Shown here: piece after piece, positions 23,695 to 37,300 of the stretch
How positions within the stretch are numbered: position 1 is the stretch's first letter
How the letters are laid out: the number at the start of each line of letters is the position of its first letter
NCBI GenBank assembly: GCA_973895155.1
Contig: OZ316898.1
Span: 21,540,122 to 21,604,121, forward strand
Direction: 5' to 3'
DNA length: 64,000 nt
Source of the DNA: Marsupella aquatica
Taxonomy: Eukaryota > Plantae > Marchantiophyta
Translations under genes and position numbers: made by a program
Notes under the pieces: model-generated
What the model saw: the letters and a program-made list of their open reading frames with translations, nothing else
Database searches by the model: none
What the model was told of the DNA's origin: nothing

Positions 23695-26600
23695 TTTTTG
23701 GGTTTTGTGTTAAATGGGTGCTGTTTGACGAAGCACCACTCTCCATAACTGATGGTGTACAATTGCTTTTTGGATATACATGCGATGAAAGAAACCAGTG
23801 TAATCATTCATAGTTTTACTAGCAATGTTGCTAGCAAGAATAGTACACATTGTAACATTGCAATCGGACAAACTGTTCAAACATTTATTCCAAATTCAAC
23901 CCAACCGTTCTGAGATATAACTCTGTTACACACCAAACGTCCGAGAACTCTTGGAACTTCGAGGTCAAGGGTCCGGACTCAGGAGAACTAGACTGTTACA
24001 AAATGTCTATGCCCTAGAAGCTGGACTACTGATCATGGACTTCTGATCAAGGACTTGCTGCCTTGTATGCATCGGAATCGGAGTCAGAAACCGTATCATA
24101 GTTGGATGAAGCGAGTACATTTTCCGTCCAATAGTTGTGAATCTCCAGGTCCCTCTAGTATGACTCCTCCTCTCTCTTCCGCTTCTTTGATACCCCCTTA
24201 GTGAGGGGAACATTTGAGCGAGAAGACAAGGGAGTTTGGGAGACCGACTTGGAAGATGTCTCCTTAGAAGGTGTCACTACCTATGATTCCTTGCAGACGA
24301 AGGGAGGGACTCAAGTCGAAGAAGATGTACTACTCTTCATTGCATGGTTATACTACTCTGCTTCGGTTGAGGGGAGCTTGGCGGGGAGTCTAGTGGACCG
24401 TTTGTTTTGGCGTTATATCGGAGGGCTTTGAGAATCCATTTTGGAGGAGCTTTACCCTTGTTCCGTGCTATTTCTCTTTGTAACTGAAACCAATGCCATT
24501 CAGATTACTTATAATCTTATGCAAGATCTACTTATGTCGACAAACCAGATAGCAGATGACATTCAATACCTCAAAGATGACCAAATAGCAAGGAGAAAAT
24601 AAATGACAGAGAACGGAGATACCTCAATTCGGAACCGACTTACAAATCCCTGGTGCGTGTGATTGCCGAGGAACTCTTTGCAATGCTGCAATGACAGTAG
24701 AACATGACAGGCCTTCGAGTCCCGCAAAGAGAAGAAGAGAAGCGCGTTTGGAGTCTCGCGGCGAAGAGAAGGAGAGCGCAAAACAATGACCGAAATGGAA
24801 GGAATGGAAATGGTTCGGAAGGTCCGAGTGAGATATAGGGGATGGTGGAAAGCGGGAGATCCTACACAACGGTTTTGGGATCCGGTCTGTTAGGGGGGTA
24901 CGATGAGTGTCACGCTTGATAGCCGTATGGAGCTTTGGATTATGTCCGGGGATGCGCTCCCAAGATTGCTTTAGTCAAAGACCGTTATTCCCAGTCCGTT
25001 CTCATGATGCATTTTTCACGTTGTTAAAGACCGCACGCCGAAGTTCGTGGGAGAATTATGGGCTGCACGATGGCTAGCGATTTTGCTGGCCTGATGTACG
25101 TTCAAATAGTACGGTCAATTATGGTTGCTTTGAGTGGCTGGTTGTGCGAGAAATACGTGATATGTACAAATATATTGTCAACGATAGGTTTCGTAATGTA
25201 ATGTAATAATGAAGTTTCTGTTGTAAAACAAATTACTTTTAGGCTAGCGAGTGTCAATTCATGCTAGTGAGGTAATTTTCATGCCAGATTTTGCATATGG
25301 CAAGGAGAAAATGTTCCCGTGCAAGGAATTTTTTTACTGTTTCCTCGCACGCTACAATGACCCGATGAAACTGGCATCCTTACAGGTCATCAAAGCTTAG
25401 ACCCGGTCGAGCTAGCGGAGAAGGCGATAGGGAACGTTAGAAAGATGGACGAACAAGCCAAGGCACTAGCATGGAGACACAGAGCGAAAAGAACTAGAGA
25501 GCACAATGAGGCCTACTTAAGAGAAGCAGCTACTGCTCAAATTAGATTAGGAGAATTTGATGAGGCTCCTAGTGGGGCTTTTGGTGAAAGGGGGCAATGC
25601 TGACTCTCGTACAAAAAAGCCAAGAGGTGGGCTGACTGCTCTCTTGCGAAAGAAACCAACGGTGAAGGATAGGCTGGCTCGCAGGCTACTGAATGGGCGT
25701 GTCACGGATGCAACTGTTAGTCAGCTAGCCAGGGATCAAGATGCAGCTTACCGTGAATCGTTTCGCAATCAGTGGACAATGAAGTAGTTGTCTTCATGAG
25801 TCCTTCAAAAGGTTCCAGATTATGTGTGTAGTCAACTGGACCATAGAAACTGATCGAGGCGAACGTCCTGGTACTACAGTTTTTAGAGTTCCATCTTGAG
25901 ATTGGTAAGCTGCGAAAGGGGAAACAGTGAGCTAATATGGAAGTTGTCAAGCTTATTCTAAGACTTCCGCAGGTTTCTGAAAGGAAGACCGGGAGTAAAC
26001 TAAAGAGAGATATCGATGACTTTACCTGGTGAGTTAAGGCAACTCATAGAAGAAGTTTTTCTTTATGGCATCTGAATTTCAGGACTTGTGAGTCTCAAAA
26101 TTTATCAGTCCGGCCGCGGTGTTAGTGACAAAGGACCGTCCTGAGATTTGCGTTGGTTGCTGAATACTATCCATCGTTTGAAAGTTTGGCAGTTGAATGA
26201 GAGGGGGCTTCTTTTTTGCGTCATATGAACTACGTTTTAAAGGGCAGAATGTACAGAAGAATTTCATTTAGTGTAGTTCTGTATTTGTTTTGACAGCTCG
26301 GTCTGATTATTTCATAGTGGATTGCTGTCAGGTTTTGGAAAGGAAGAAGTGAAGGCTCACGCAACCATGCCTCTCAGATCAATCTCTTGGAAGACCATTA
26401 TTGGGATTAAATTGTCAGATTTCGTACATGATCTCACGACTTGCAGAGAGCAAGGCAGATATGTCAAAGATAGTTCAAAAGGATCTCACAATGAAAAAGA
26501 GTATCTAATTGACAACCGATGTAGGTATGCAGTAGTTCCTATTTGGGGGAAACTCTAGCAGTTGTAGCTTATTCTGCTAACTTCCCACTCAGTTTCCGTT

Positions 26601-27865
26601 GCAAAGGGAGAATCTCCTGTTCCTTGACGATTGGGCCGGCGTGTGAAATAGCTCAAACCCATTGATATTTTAAACTCTCCTGTGCCCTTCTTCGGTCCAG
26701 TGTGTCCTCATTCTTGATTGGGTCATTATTTGGCATCTTGTACTCTGTCCTTTCCGTTCCCAAGTGGGGGATTTTAGACTTGAAAATCAATCTATTCGAC
26801 AAAAATCAACGGAGGATTCATCATCCCAAACTATTGAATATCTTTGGACCTCGTTGCTACTGTAAGTGCAGAGAAGTACATTAAAGTATGCTTACATGTG
26901 GAGCATCACTCAATTTGTGCCTCTAGTTGCTACTTCCTATCCTGTTCCATCAAAAATAATGGTATGATCGAAGGCAAAGTTCTGGCAAGGCAGAGTGAAA
27001 AAGGGGGCAACGTGGCTCTCGTCTGCCATCTTCGTGCAAATTTTGCATACCAACAATGCTATGCAAATTGTGTATACTAACTGCATTAAACTCAATTTTG
27101 GACAGTCAAGTCCATGTCATATTGGGATCAACTGTCTCTCCTTGGAGGAGACTGCCCTATGGTGTTTCTTCTCCAAATCTTCATTGACTGACAGATGCAA
27201 TAACAAAACCCAATTGTAGTTGGAGAAGCTAGAGAAACCATAGGATCAGGTGTCCCCATATAGGAGAAGCCAGAGAAACTATGGGTGAATCAGTTGTCAC
27301 CATATCAACAGCAATCGACTTGACAGAACTCAACAAATATGGAAGATAGAAATGTATCACTTATACTTGCGTGTCAAGAAGTAAAATTTAATACAAAAAT
27401 GTTAAATGTTCTCTTAGGCTGTCATCAGTTGATCGTTGATTGTGTCTTCAAAGTTGGCCACCAACTGTCACTCCAACACACCCCTCTCATGAAATGTGAA
27501 CTATAGTCATCACTATCTTCAGGGTTTTGAGGCCCAAATCTCAGCAAGGAATGCGGTCTTGGCATTGCCTGAGAAACAAGAAGCACCTACTTTTCAGACT
27601 AACTGAAACAGACACACAACACCAGAAAACAGCAGATCAACACTATCATGCCTGCCACCTAACGTATCCATGTGAAGTGCATTGGAGATTGAAAAGATCA
27701 ACATCCACAAGAAGTGACCGAGTTGTAGTCATCTAGAGTAAGATCAATGGGCAAAACGAAGGGTAAACCACCCAAGATGAGTATGCTGATGAGAATTGAA
27801 CACGAATTTCAGGGAAAGCAGATCACCTTCCAATGAGTTACTGATACGAGTATCATAAAACCTGT

Positions 27866-29974
27866 CTACAGCTTTGTGCCAAACACGCGACATCGTTCGC
27901 AACGTTTCTTGCAGATATCCTCAAGCATCTTCGCTGCTGCTGTACGCTCCTGCTGCATTTGTTTTGCCCGGGATCTCATCAATTGACGTTCTTCCGTACC
28001 GCCTGTAGAAAAGTCATCGAGCCATTCAGCTATAAGTTTCCCGAGTTGGTACATGTCCGATCCCTTGGTGTATCTTTTCCTTTTGTCATTGTCTTCTTCC
28101 AACGTTTCCGCATCCCAACCCGTTAAGTCCTCACCAACCCATACTTCATTGTCGGGTCCAGCAGCTTCCAAGTCTATGATCACCCATTTCCATTCACCCA
28201 AATCATTTACTTTGATAACGTTGGGCCACCTTATGTCCCTGTGGGTGTAGCCTTTCATGTGCAAGTCCGCAAGGCCGCATAACATGTCATGCGTGGCATT
28301 TACTAAATCCTTGCAATCCTTAGGCTTTGCATATGGGTCACCAACAGGTTGTAGTCGCAATACTGTTCTAGCCTTGGATCGTCGGACGGATATAAGTTGG
28401 ATCAGGTACCTGGAGCCAGCGATTTTTTCATACAGGCATTCTATCGCGGTCACCTTCTCTTTCGTCAATCCTGGGATTTCCTTCGTCACGCAGTCAGGAT
28501 AGATCGTCACTGCTCCACCATAAACTCTTGCTATTGGCTTATATAATGCCAAGGGGATGTCACTATCCAGTTCTTCCTGTAGTTTCTGTAGGAGACAGTG
28601 CATCCGAATGGTGCTATGTAGGAACTTGGCTACATCGCTCAACATATTCAAGTCATAGAGTTGTGAGATACTTTCACAAAGAATTTCCTTGCCTCGCGGA
28701 TAGAGCTTCAGCCATCGAAACTGCCTTCCACCGGAGCAACCACCAATCACATAAGGGAGCTTACCATAGAACAAAGGGCTCCATGCCTTTAATTTTGAGG
28801 TGTTCTCACCTGCAGCCTCGTGCCGAAGTGCCGGGTCTGTCTTATTCTCCCATCGGAGAATGAGACAATCCCTCACAAACAGCTGAAAATCTGGTCTTAA
28901 TAGCGGTTTTAGTGGTCGCGATGCTACAGTACTAGTCGGGGGATTGGGTGAATCCAGTAACCAGTCCAAACCTTTTAATTTTCCGTTTGCTGGAGCCTCC
29001 TCATTTAATAATGAGATGAACTCTCCAGTGAGAGTAGCCAATTCATGTGAGCTGGTGGCCTCATTGCCTGGACAACGACGCATTATATGTCCGAACACAA
29101 TGTCGCAGAAGGATGCCAAGTCTGTCGCCGCTGCGGGAATATCAAGCTCCACCAGCTCAGAAGAGCGTATTTTCTTGAAAATTACAGGATTGCGAATTGG
29201 GAGCGGTACTGGTGTCTGGGACAAAAACTCCGAGAGTTCAAGGGCACTTCGTGGGAGCGTCGGAGGTGGTTCCAACAGTTTCCCAAAATAGCGCTCTCCA
29301 GCTTCAGCATCAGCTTTTGCTGCCAAGGACAGGCATTCCTGTGGTGACGGTTTTGCCTTCTTTGAAAGTCGCGCTCCCTCTGCGTACACACCAATCACGA
29401 AGTGTTGAAGAGGAAGAGAAAAACAGGAAAGTCATCCAATAATCACTCGAGCAAGGAGTCTACAAATTTGGCACGATTCCGGCAGAAATGCTTTATCGGT
29501 TAGCAAAGCAGGAAGACACAGGACACCTGTAATTGCAAAAGTGCTTTCCAAACAAATGCCAGAGCAAGGGCGACAGCTGCTGTCCATGATACCCTTGATC
29601 ACTTTTCAGCAAAGAAAACAAAGCAGCAACAGAGGGGTGCTCAAAGGAAAAAACTCAACGAAAAGAGAAACCAGAACAAGAACCAGAAGATACTGACGAG
29701 AAACACATTGCTGTGAAATTCAGTTGGAATTACCATCCGTAGAGTTTCCTTTTTGAAGCCGAATTGCCAACTTAATTGCCACTATCAATCCGCCAGGTGC
29801 CACTGGGAACAGGCGCCGGATTATGTCTTCGAGCTCCATTTCCGACAACTCTAGCAACATAGGTACTCCGACCCAGTCAAGGCATAGTTTCGCAGCAACG
29901 CCTCGCAGTCGTGCTTCGTCATGAATAGTTCTCCGAAGCAGGTTCATAATATTTTCTTCTTCACCACTCGCCAT
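27866..29974 (-). CDS. Crinkler (CRN)-type effector-like protein: SAM-like header + PD-(D/E)xK REase + protein kinase; exons 29974-29734 and 29379-27866, 584 aa
   Basis: Phase-1 intron (G|GTAATT ... pyrimidine tract...TACGCAG|AG) joins the 80-aa exon (VAAKLCLDWVGVPMLLELSEMELEDII...GLIVAIKLAI, SAM-like) in frame to the long ORF. REase motif LRPDFQLF...LRWENK; kinase motifs LHMKGYTHRDIRWPNV, WVIIDLEAAG, SDMYQLGKLI. No internal stops. Confidence 0.85.
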
Positions 29975-32900
29975 TGGATCTTGCAGGCTGAACAATATAC
30001 TGCTTACTTCTTAAGATATATGCTATGAAACCAGGCAGAGACAAGACAGCCACAAACGCAAGTTATAACAAAAGAAAGCACATACAGATGACAAGCAGAA
30101 ACGAAACCCTCGGGTTGACAGAAATCGTAGCAACAGAGGAAGCGACAGAGGAAAGAGCACCACAAGGATGAAAACTACGGTACAAGGCCGTGAAACTCAC
30201 CATCCACCAAACCCTGGATCACCGAAAACCCAGTCCAAATCCTGCAAACGCACGATGTAAGGCCATTTGATCCGCAGTGTATCATGACAATCAATTAAAC
30301 ATGCAACGATTCACCACCTCAAAATTTCCAAACCAGACTGCTAGCGAATCCGCCTCACTTCAGTCTATGCCGAGGGCTCGGACTCTTATGCCGAGGGCCT
30401 CCTCGGTCGGCAGACAAGGAGTTGATCTCGTTCCCGACCAGTTGTGCCTTGTGTAAACCCCCGGGCCTATATTTGAGACCCCCCAATGTTGATCCGTTGC
30501 CGACCTGTTGTGCCTTGTGTAACCCCCTGGCCTATATTTGAGAACCCCTAATGTATATGTTTATGGTCCTACCTTACTCCTTAACGAGGTATTGGTACTT
30601 GGTCCTCCATTCAGGATCTCCCTTCTCGAGGCAGATCTTGCCCTCCATTCGGGATCGCCCTTCACGATGCAAATCTTGGTCCTTCATTCAGGCTGCTCTA
30701 CCCGCGGCCAATCTGGACCGTCCATTCAGGGTGCTCAATCCGCAGCTAATCTCCGCCCTCCATTTAAAAATGAACGGCCAGATTGTTAGGGTTTAGGGCG
30801 TTCCTGCATCACCATCCAACGGACAGCTGCTATTGGACGGCCCAGATTTTGTTCACCGGGCCGGTGGTTTCCTGGGCGGGCGTTACTTAATCTAGGAGAG
30901 CAGCAGGATGCGGCCACTTCCCATTTCACTTTCTGGAAACGCCGTCAGGTTGGAAGTTTGTCGTCTGTGCAGGAGCCATTTCCATCTCGGCCGGGATGAG
31001 CTTTCTCTCGCATTCTAGTCATTCTCCTTCGTGCCTCTCATTCCGTGTTCATCGAGAGCTTGAGTAGATTTGGGTGTTTTGTCTAGGCTCGAGACGACCG
31101 GCTGTGGTGAATGTGGGTGCGGCTGTGAGTTGACTGTTGGAGCACAACTCAACTTTGAGTGGCCTGATTTTTATTTCTCTTTCCATATCAATTGCTTTGG
31201 ATGTATGCCATCTTTTTGAATGCGTGCCATACTTGTTTTATTATATGCTTATGTCGGTCATTCTAATGAACATTTGCCGCTCTATTTGGAATCTGTTAAT
31301 GTTGATGCTGAACATGACTGCTGAAGGTTTTTCTCTTGTGTTACTCCCGTTCTGACCTATGTTGCCGCTGTGTAGCAATAAGATCTAGTGGAGTAAGGAC
31401 AAAGTCGCTCAATCATGCCTCCGAAAACATTCCAAGGTGTTTTGACTGTTTTCTTGCATTTAGTTTTGTTCAGTACTCCCTCCGCGTTCGGGGCCGCTTC
31501 AGTTGTAGACTGCTAGGGGTTGCTTGACACTCGTTCATCTCTTCCCTTGTAGGACTCATCTTGAATCGTTACAGACCCAAAACGAGGCTTCGGCTAACTG
31601 ATCAATGCTTTCCCCATGAATGATGAAGCAGAGATCGCCAGAGAGCTTGCACCTTTGATGCAAGTGGAGTTTGATAGTTTAAACATCAGTGCGAGAGGAG
31701 CTTAATAAGGGTTTAATGATTGCCAGCCAGATTCCAGATTCCAGACCAGAATTTGAACTCCCAGAATTGCTAGATAATTTATTTGATTGTGCCACGGATC
31801 GTACTCGGAGAGGTGGTGGGACTCTGCTACCTCCGGTATGAGGCACGTCCTCATTAAGAACCCATTGTCCACTACCCCCTCGGCCAGGAGGCTAGAGGAC
31901 TGGTATTTAGCTCCCTTGCCCCCAGGAGCCCGCGACTCTACTCAGTTTATCCCCTCGGGTAAGCCCAAAATCATTTTCAGATGTGCCTCATTGAGACACA
32001 TCACTCTCCCGTGCGCTCGGGTTTGTTGACGAGCCTCGGTCGAAGTTCTGAATGAACTCCGTCATATCCTGCCCGTAGTACCTGTTTCCGTTCCAAGGGA
32101 GAGAGGCGAGGTGCTCAAACCCTTGGGTCTTCAGATAGCATGCATGCTTGGGGTGGAGGATGTTCTTGTGAACATTGTCCCCCATGCGATGCATGGTCAG
32201 CTTGGCTATCGCAACCGTGGCCAAAGGCAACCCGGATACGGCTGCGGGTTCCTTCCTCTTCCTACCCCGAGACTGATTCCCGGGGTGACTAGAAGAAGGG
32301 GACATCTCTCCTTCCTCTCGGTCAGGTGGTGGTAGCGCAACTGCCGTGAGTATTGGTGTCGGGGCCGCTAGATTTACCATGTTATCCCCTCGGGCTTGCT
32401 GGAGTGATGCTGGGTTGTTCGGCGCTTGTTGAGTCGTACCCCGCGGCCGTCGATTTAGGGGAGGGTGAGCCTCCTCGTCTTTGGAGCTAATATTCACCGC
32501 ATTCACCATGGATCATACTCGGAGAGGTGGTGGGACCGGTGGCGGGGACCGGTTCGGTTGAGGCCAAGGAGGTGTAGGTGCGGGTACGGGCACGGGTTGG
32601 CCGGCACTGGTCGTTGATGGTAGAGTTGCCATGAAGTTCTGCAGGTGCCGGTGGAGGTTTTCCAAAGCAAGTGTAGACGGCCTTGTCGACCGGGTAGTGT
32701 TGAACTCGCTGTTGATGATAGCCCGGACCCAAGCAGGGATGTGGTCAAAGTGGTGCCGCTACAAGTCGATCATGCCCGGGAGAGTGAAGACCGCATCCGG
32801 GAGCCAAAGCAATGCTTCCCAGAAGCCGATGTATTTTCCCCAGTCAAAGAAGTACCCTGATACTTCTTCGGGTTGGTAAAGCTCGCTCTGGGATGGGTAA

Positions 32901-34087
32901 TCAAAGTTAAGGAGATAGTGGTGTCGGCCTGCTAAGCGGATGGCTCTCTCGTATTCGCGTTTGATTTTGTATCGGCGCGGGTTGGCGTGTTTTAATGAGT
33001 CGGCCAAGTGCCCTCCGATAGACAGGAACTGTGTCCAGAATCGTATGGCCAAACTGGAAAGGATCGTGTGTGACATTCAGAGGAGATAGCAGGTGACTAA
33101 GGATAAGCGAGAGAGCTGGAGTCGAAGCTGGCGCGTGGACTGAAGAACTGGTGCACTGCAAAGGATCGGCCCCCCTTTATACCCTGAGAGCTCGTCGATC
33201 GCCCGATGCCTCCTCGTCGCTTATAGGCCGAGCCTTTCACGCTCGCAGTGTACCGGCCACTTTGCCGGTCCGGGTCAGCTTGTGTCAGTGGCCGCCTCCC
33301 GGAGTTTGTTATACGGTCCCGAGGGGGGGGGGAAGGGGGCCCATTACACGCTCGCAACCCGGGCATGCGAATGGCAACCTGCCGCCAGCCCGAACATGAA
33401 TTCCTCTTATTGACTAATGATTTCCTACTCATAATGGCTACCTAAATACTGTCGTTATGCTAATAATAACAACCTAAGATACCCCTAACGCGCATGCTAA
33501 GCATGGTTAGACCGAATCACTCATTACCCACCGTACCAGCGGCGTCACACAATACGCCATCCAAGCGACGCAAGATTCAGGGCGCACTGCCACCAGTAAG
33601 CATAAAAAATGTAACCATTTGGAAATGCCTTCGCTCGAAGACTACATCCGACAATGACTCTAATCCATCACTTGCTGCAATTATTGACGACGTCAATACG
33701 CCATCCAAGCAACGCAAGATTCAAGACGCAGAAGGGAATTTGGAGGTGGCGAGCACAGTAAAGAACCAGATTGAAGGCCAACGACAGGAATTCTCGAAGG
33801 CCAATGCTTCCCGACCAAAATACCGACCCAACAATAATGCAAAAGGGAATTTGAAGGTGACAAGCACATTAAGGAACCAGATTGAAGGCTGGTACAGGAA
33901 TTCTAGAAGCATTGACCAAGCTTTGTTTCCTTTGTATTTCTCACGAACCTAATTGAATGGTGACACTTTTGATGCTAACGGAGTCCAATGGTTTCAACAT
34001 GAACGTTATAGCTACAAAAGACTTTAATTGGAAATGTTATGGGAGTGCGAGATTACAAGTGAGTCACCATGAATGCTAGTGGTGTAT
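29257..34087. repeat. Direct segmental duplication, copy 2 (copy 1 = 11362-15799), ending at a CACTA insertion
   Basis: Colinear with copy 1; similarity stops exactly at GTGGTGTAT|CACTAG. Confidence 0.95.
31790..33076 (-). pseudogene. Decayed plant transposon-associated protein, copy 2 (~430 codons, Pro-rich linker, PMD/Athila-ORF1-like C-terminal domain)
   Basis: MSHTILSSLAIRFW...(stop)...RHHFDHIPAWV...PPWPQPNRSPPPVPPP...(stop)...RGRKRKEP...LKTQGFEHLASLPW...TEFIQNFD, then a frameshift. Confidence 0.5.
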
Positions 34088-34340
34088 CACTAGTAGAAAC
34101 CGGGGCATTTCGTGACCAGACCACTTGTGACTGGGGTGACCACGCAAGTGCAACCTTTGAACATCAGTCTTATTTTTGAGACGCCATAAGACTAGATAGT
34201 CATAAGTAGTCATGTTTATGACTACTTAAGACCATTGAACTTTTTAAAAATCTTGATCTATTGAATGAGTCATTCAAGTATGACTACATAGTCATACTTA
34301 GTCAACATAAGACAATGGCCAATAGTAAGCCAAGTCCAAT
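34088..34340. mobile_element. Left terminus of a CACTA (En/Spm) DNA transposon; right end not found in window
   Basis: Begins CACTAGTAGAAAC exactly where the duplication breaks off (empty site GTGTAT|GAATAC at ~15794-15805; predicted 3-bp TSD TAT). Subterminal TAGTCA/TGACTA repeats occur in both orientations at ~34195-34345. Confidence 0.75.
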
Positions 34341-37300
34341 TTAGTCAACAAAATTGACTTGTCCATTAATTTTCATTGTGGCCATTGAACACTTTTTAAA
34401 ATAATGTAGTGCCATATGCCTGGTTAGAGGATATTTACCCGATCCCATACACATTCTGAGCCATGGGATTACGCTTTACATAGCCATTGACTGAACTATA
34501 TGCAAGGGGCATAAGGGTTTGCTAGGGAGGCTTTTTTGTGGTTTTGTGTTACATGAAGTGCAGTTTAGGCCTAACTCATCCACATGCATGTAACCCTTCC
34601 TGCCAAAGTTTAGGGGGGGTTGTAGCAAGACACCTAAAGGGGGTTTAGGGGGGGTTTTAGCAAGACACCTAAAGGGGGTTTAGGGGGGTTATATCACAAG
34701 GGTGGGGGGGTTATATCGATCTCAAGGGGGAGGGGGTTTAATCGGAGGACATGCACCATTGGATGGAGTTGATCGCCACCATCAGGTCAAACTTTTCCGT
34801 TCCCGCGTCCCGTTTAGTCGCACGTCCCGTTTAGTCACACATGTCTGAGCTTCCTTCGATCGGGTCCCGGGAGAGTTTGCAGACACCACTTGAGGCGGAA
34901 GTGCATCCTTGCGGTTGGCTAGGGTGCGCATTTCCTTCACTTTCCCTCGATGTTTACGAGCTCATTGTGGTGGTGTGGGTCCCGTCCATGCGTGCTCCCA
35001 TTGTTGTGGCTTCCATCGCTGCGTGCTGGACACATTTAAGTCTTCCATTGCAAGTAGAGCGCATTTGCAGCTGCTTCAAGGGAGGTGATCACTACTGCTG
35101 CGGAAGGAGGGAGTCAGTCGGGAGTTTCGCTACTGCTGCGGAAGGCACTGCACAAGCTTTACTAATGCGGGACCTGTGTGGGAGGCGTAATAAAAGACTT
35201 AGGATCAAAGCCCGATGCTGTCTAATCTCATTGCTTAGGGTGAAGTCTACTGCTATCCTTCTCTTCCAAGTGTATTGTGAGCTCAAACAACGTACGTGGG
35301 ATTCCTGTGGTCTTACCGTTCAAGCTGCGACCAGTCTCAGGAGCAGCTCCTCAATCATCCCGGGCATTGGAGCTTAGTGAACTGTAAGTGCGTGCATACC
35401 CTTCCAGCTGCGTCTTTTACTAAGGAGCTCATCAATCTTCTTGGGCATTGGAGTTGAAGTTATAGTTGAAGCCAAACCTTATTCAGTTCTTGGTGGGCAT
35501 GAGAACTGAGCGCACAACGCACATTGGCAGCAACAAGGTCCAGGGACCATTTTTGTAGTTGCAAGTAGTGACGGTTTTGCTTTGGGAGTTGGGAGCTCCT
35601 ACGAAGGAGGTCAGCTGAACAAGCCTCATTGCTATTGGGAGTTGGCATTGGCAAGGAGGGCGAAGGGAACGGATTGGCAGCTGCAAGCTACATTGGAGTT
35701 GTTGCGACTAACTCAGGACATTGCAAGGGTGTGTTTCGGGTGAGTTTTTGGTTGAAGAACCGGGAAGAGCCTGCGGTTTGCCATCAAGGAGCTGTAGTTG
35801 GAGACCGGCCCTCGTACCTGCATTCTTCCATCCAGCACATGGGTGAGCGAAAGTCCATTCTTATCTCTCATTGTTTTTCTCTGACTCGTGCTTTGATCCA
35901 ATGTATGTATTGCTGCTATGTCACCCTGTGAAGAGAGACTGGACATTGTAGCTACTCATTCTTGATCATGTCATCAGGCATAGGACCTCAACTACGACGG
36001 AAAGATACCACATTCTGTGGGATCGATAGGACTGTTGTGCCTTGCGACATCGGTCACAGTGTGAGGAAAGGAGCAAGTTCACTACATTGCAGACGTCCAA
36101 GTGGCTCTATGCTTTGCTTTTATCAACCTACGACCGGCCAGCTGCGCGCTGTGATTTCAGTTTAGGGTGGTCTTTGGAGCTTCACATTTTCCCCGAACAC
36201 ACAGGTGCCTTCCTCTGTCTCTTCTTCTATAGCTCTGTCTTGTGCTTTCATCGAAGCCCCTTGCAATCGGATGTTGAATGTGAAGACAAGACTGATTGTT
36301 GACACTGTACTGAATGCTAAGCCTCCTCTAAATCAATTCTGAGATGGGACTGAATGTTGAGATTCATGTTAGGTTTTTTGTGGTCGGAACACTCTGCGAA
36401 GCATTTCAATATATATGCATCCGAGTTCCCAATAAGTATTGACAGCCATCGCAGTCTAAAGTGGGCCTCTGGTAGTATTGTGCATTGGGGGCGCGCACTC
36501 AATAGGAAACTTGTAGTTGGTTTTACCAACAACAGAAGCTGCATTTTTGAGACAATTCCATGGACATAAAATATCCAATTGGACGTCGGAATGAAGACAT
36601 GATCTCTAACTATCTTGCACTATATGTCCTTTGAACTGCATTCTTAGATAGCCCAAATAGTTGAATTCCAAGTGGGACAGTTCACAATCCACAGAGTTGA
36701 ACCAATTCTGAAATAGAATATAATTCTGAAATAAAATATTTTCATTCTGAGAGTCATAAAGTCAAAACTAGTTCATTTTAACTTTGGCCACTGTCTGGCA
36801 TGAAAGTCTGGAATGCATATACATATTCGATATCTTCATGTCTGTTTCATGCATACATTCTTGGCGGTGACTGCTGTATTCAACCTCCAATGTCCCGTGC
36901 ATGTGTGAACAATTGTTTCACTCAGGTTTTTTCAATTCTTTCCGCTCTGTCTTTGAATGTGCTATTCATGAATCACTTTGTCTTTGAATGTGCTCAGGCA
37001 TTTGTTTTGTGTTCTTCGTGTCCCTAGTATTAAGACTTCATTTTGGTGCAGGTGGAGTGCAAAAAGGCAAGAGTTCTAATTCAGTCCTATTTGCGAGCTT
37101 GTATTTGAATGTAGTATTTTGGCTTCGATTGGCTCCTCTGTTTTGCTAGCTTCGAAATGTCTGCTCATAACATTTTTTGATGAACATAGGTATGGACAGA
37201 ATAGAGTAATTGGGAATTCAGATCATATTGTTGTGTGCTTTGTTGGGGATCCTCATGTGTATGTAACTGCATACACATTCTACCTGAGGGCAGTATGCCT

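Noticed and set aside
23700-27800. Stop-riddled coding-like stretches (e.g. 25400-26270)
   Set aside because: No recognisable motif; cannot be assigned without a database search.
27780-27850. Hammerhead ribozyme cores (CTGATGA) here and at other scattered sites
   Set aside because: I could not build the flanking stems and GAAA, and none lies in the repeat termini; this weakens the Penelope-like hypothesis.
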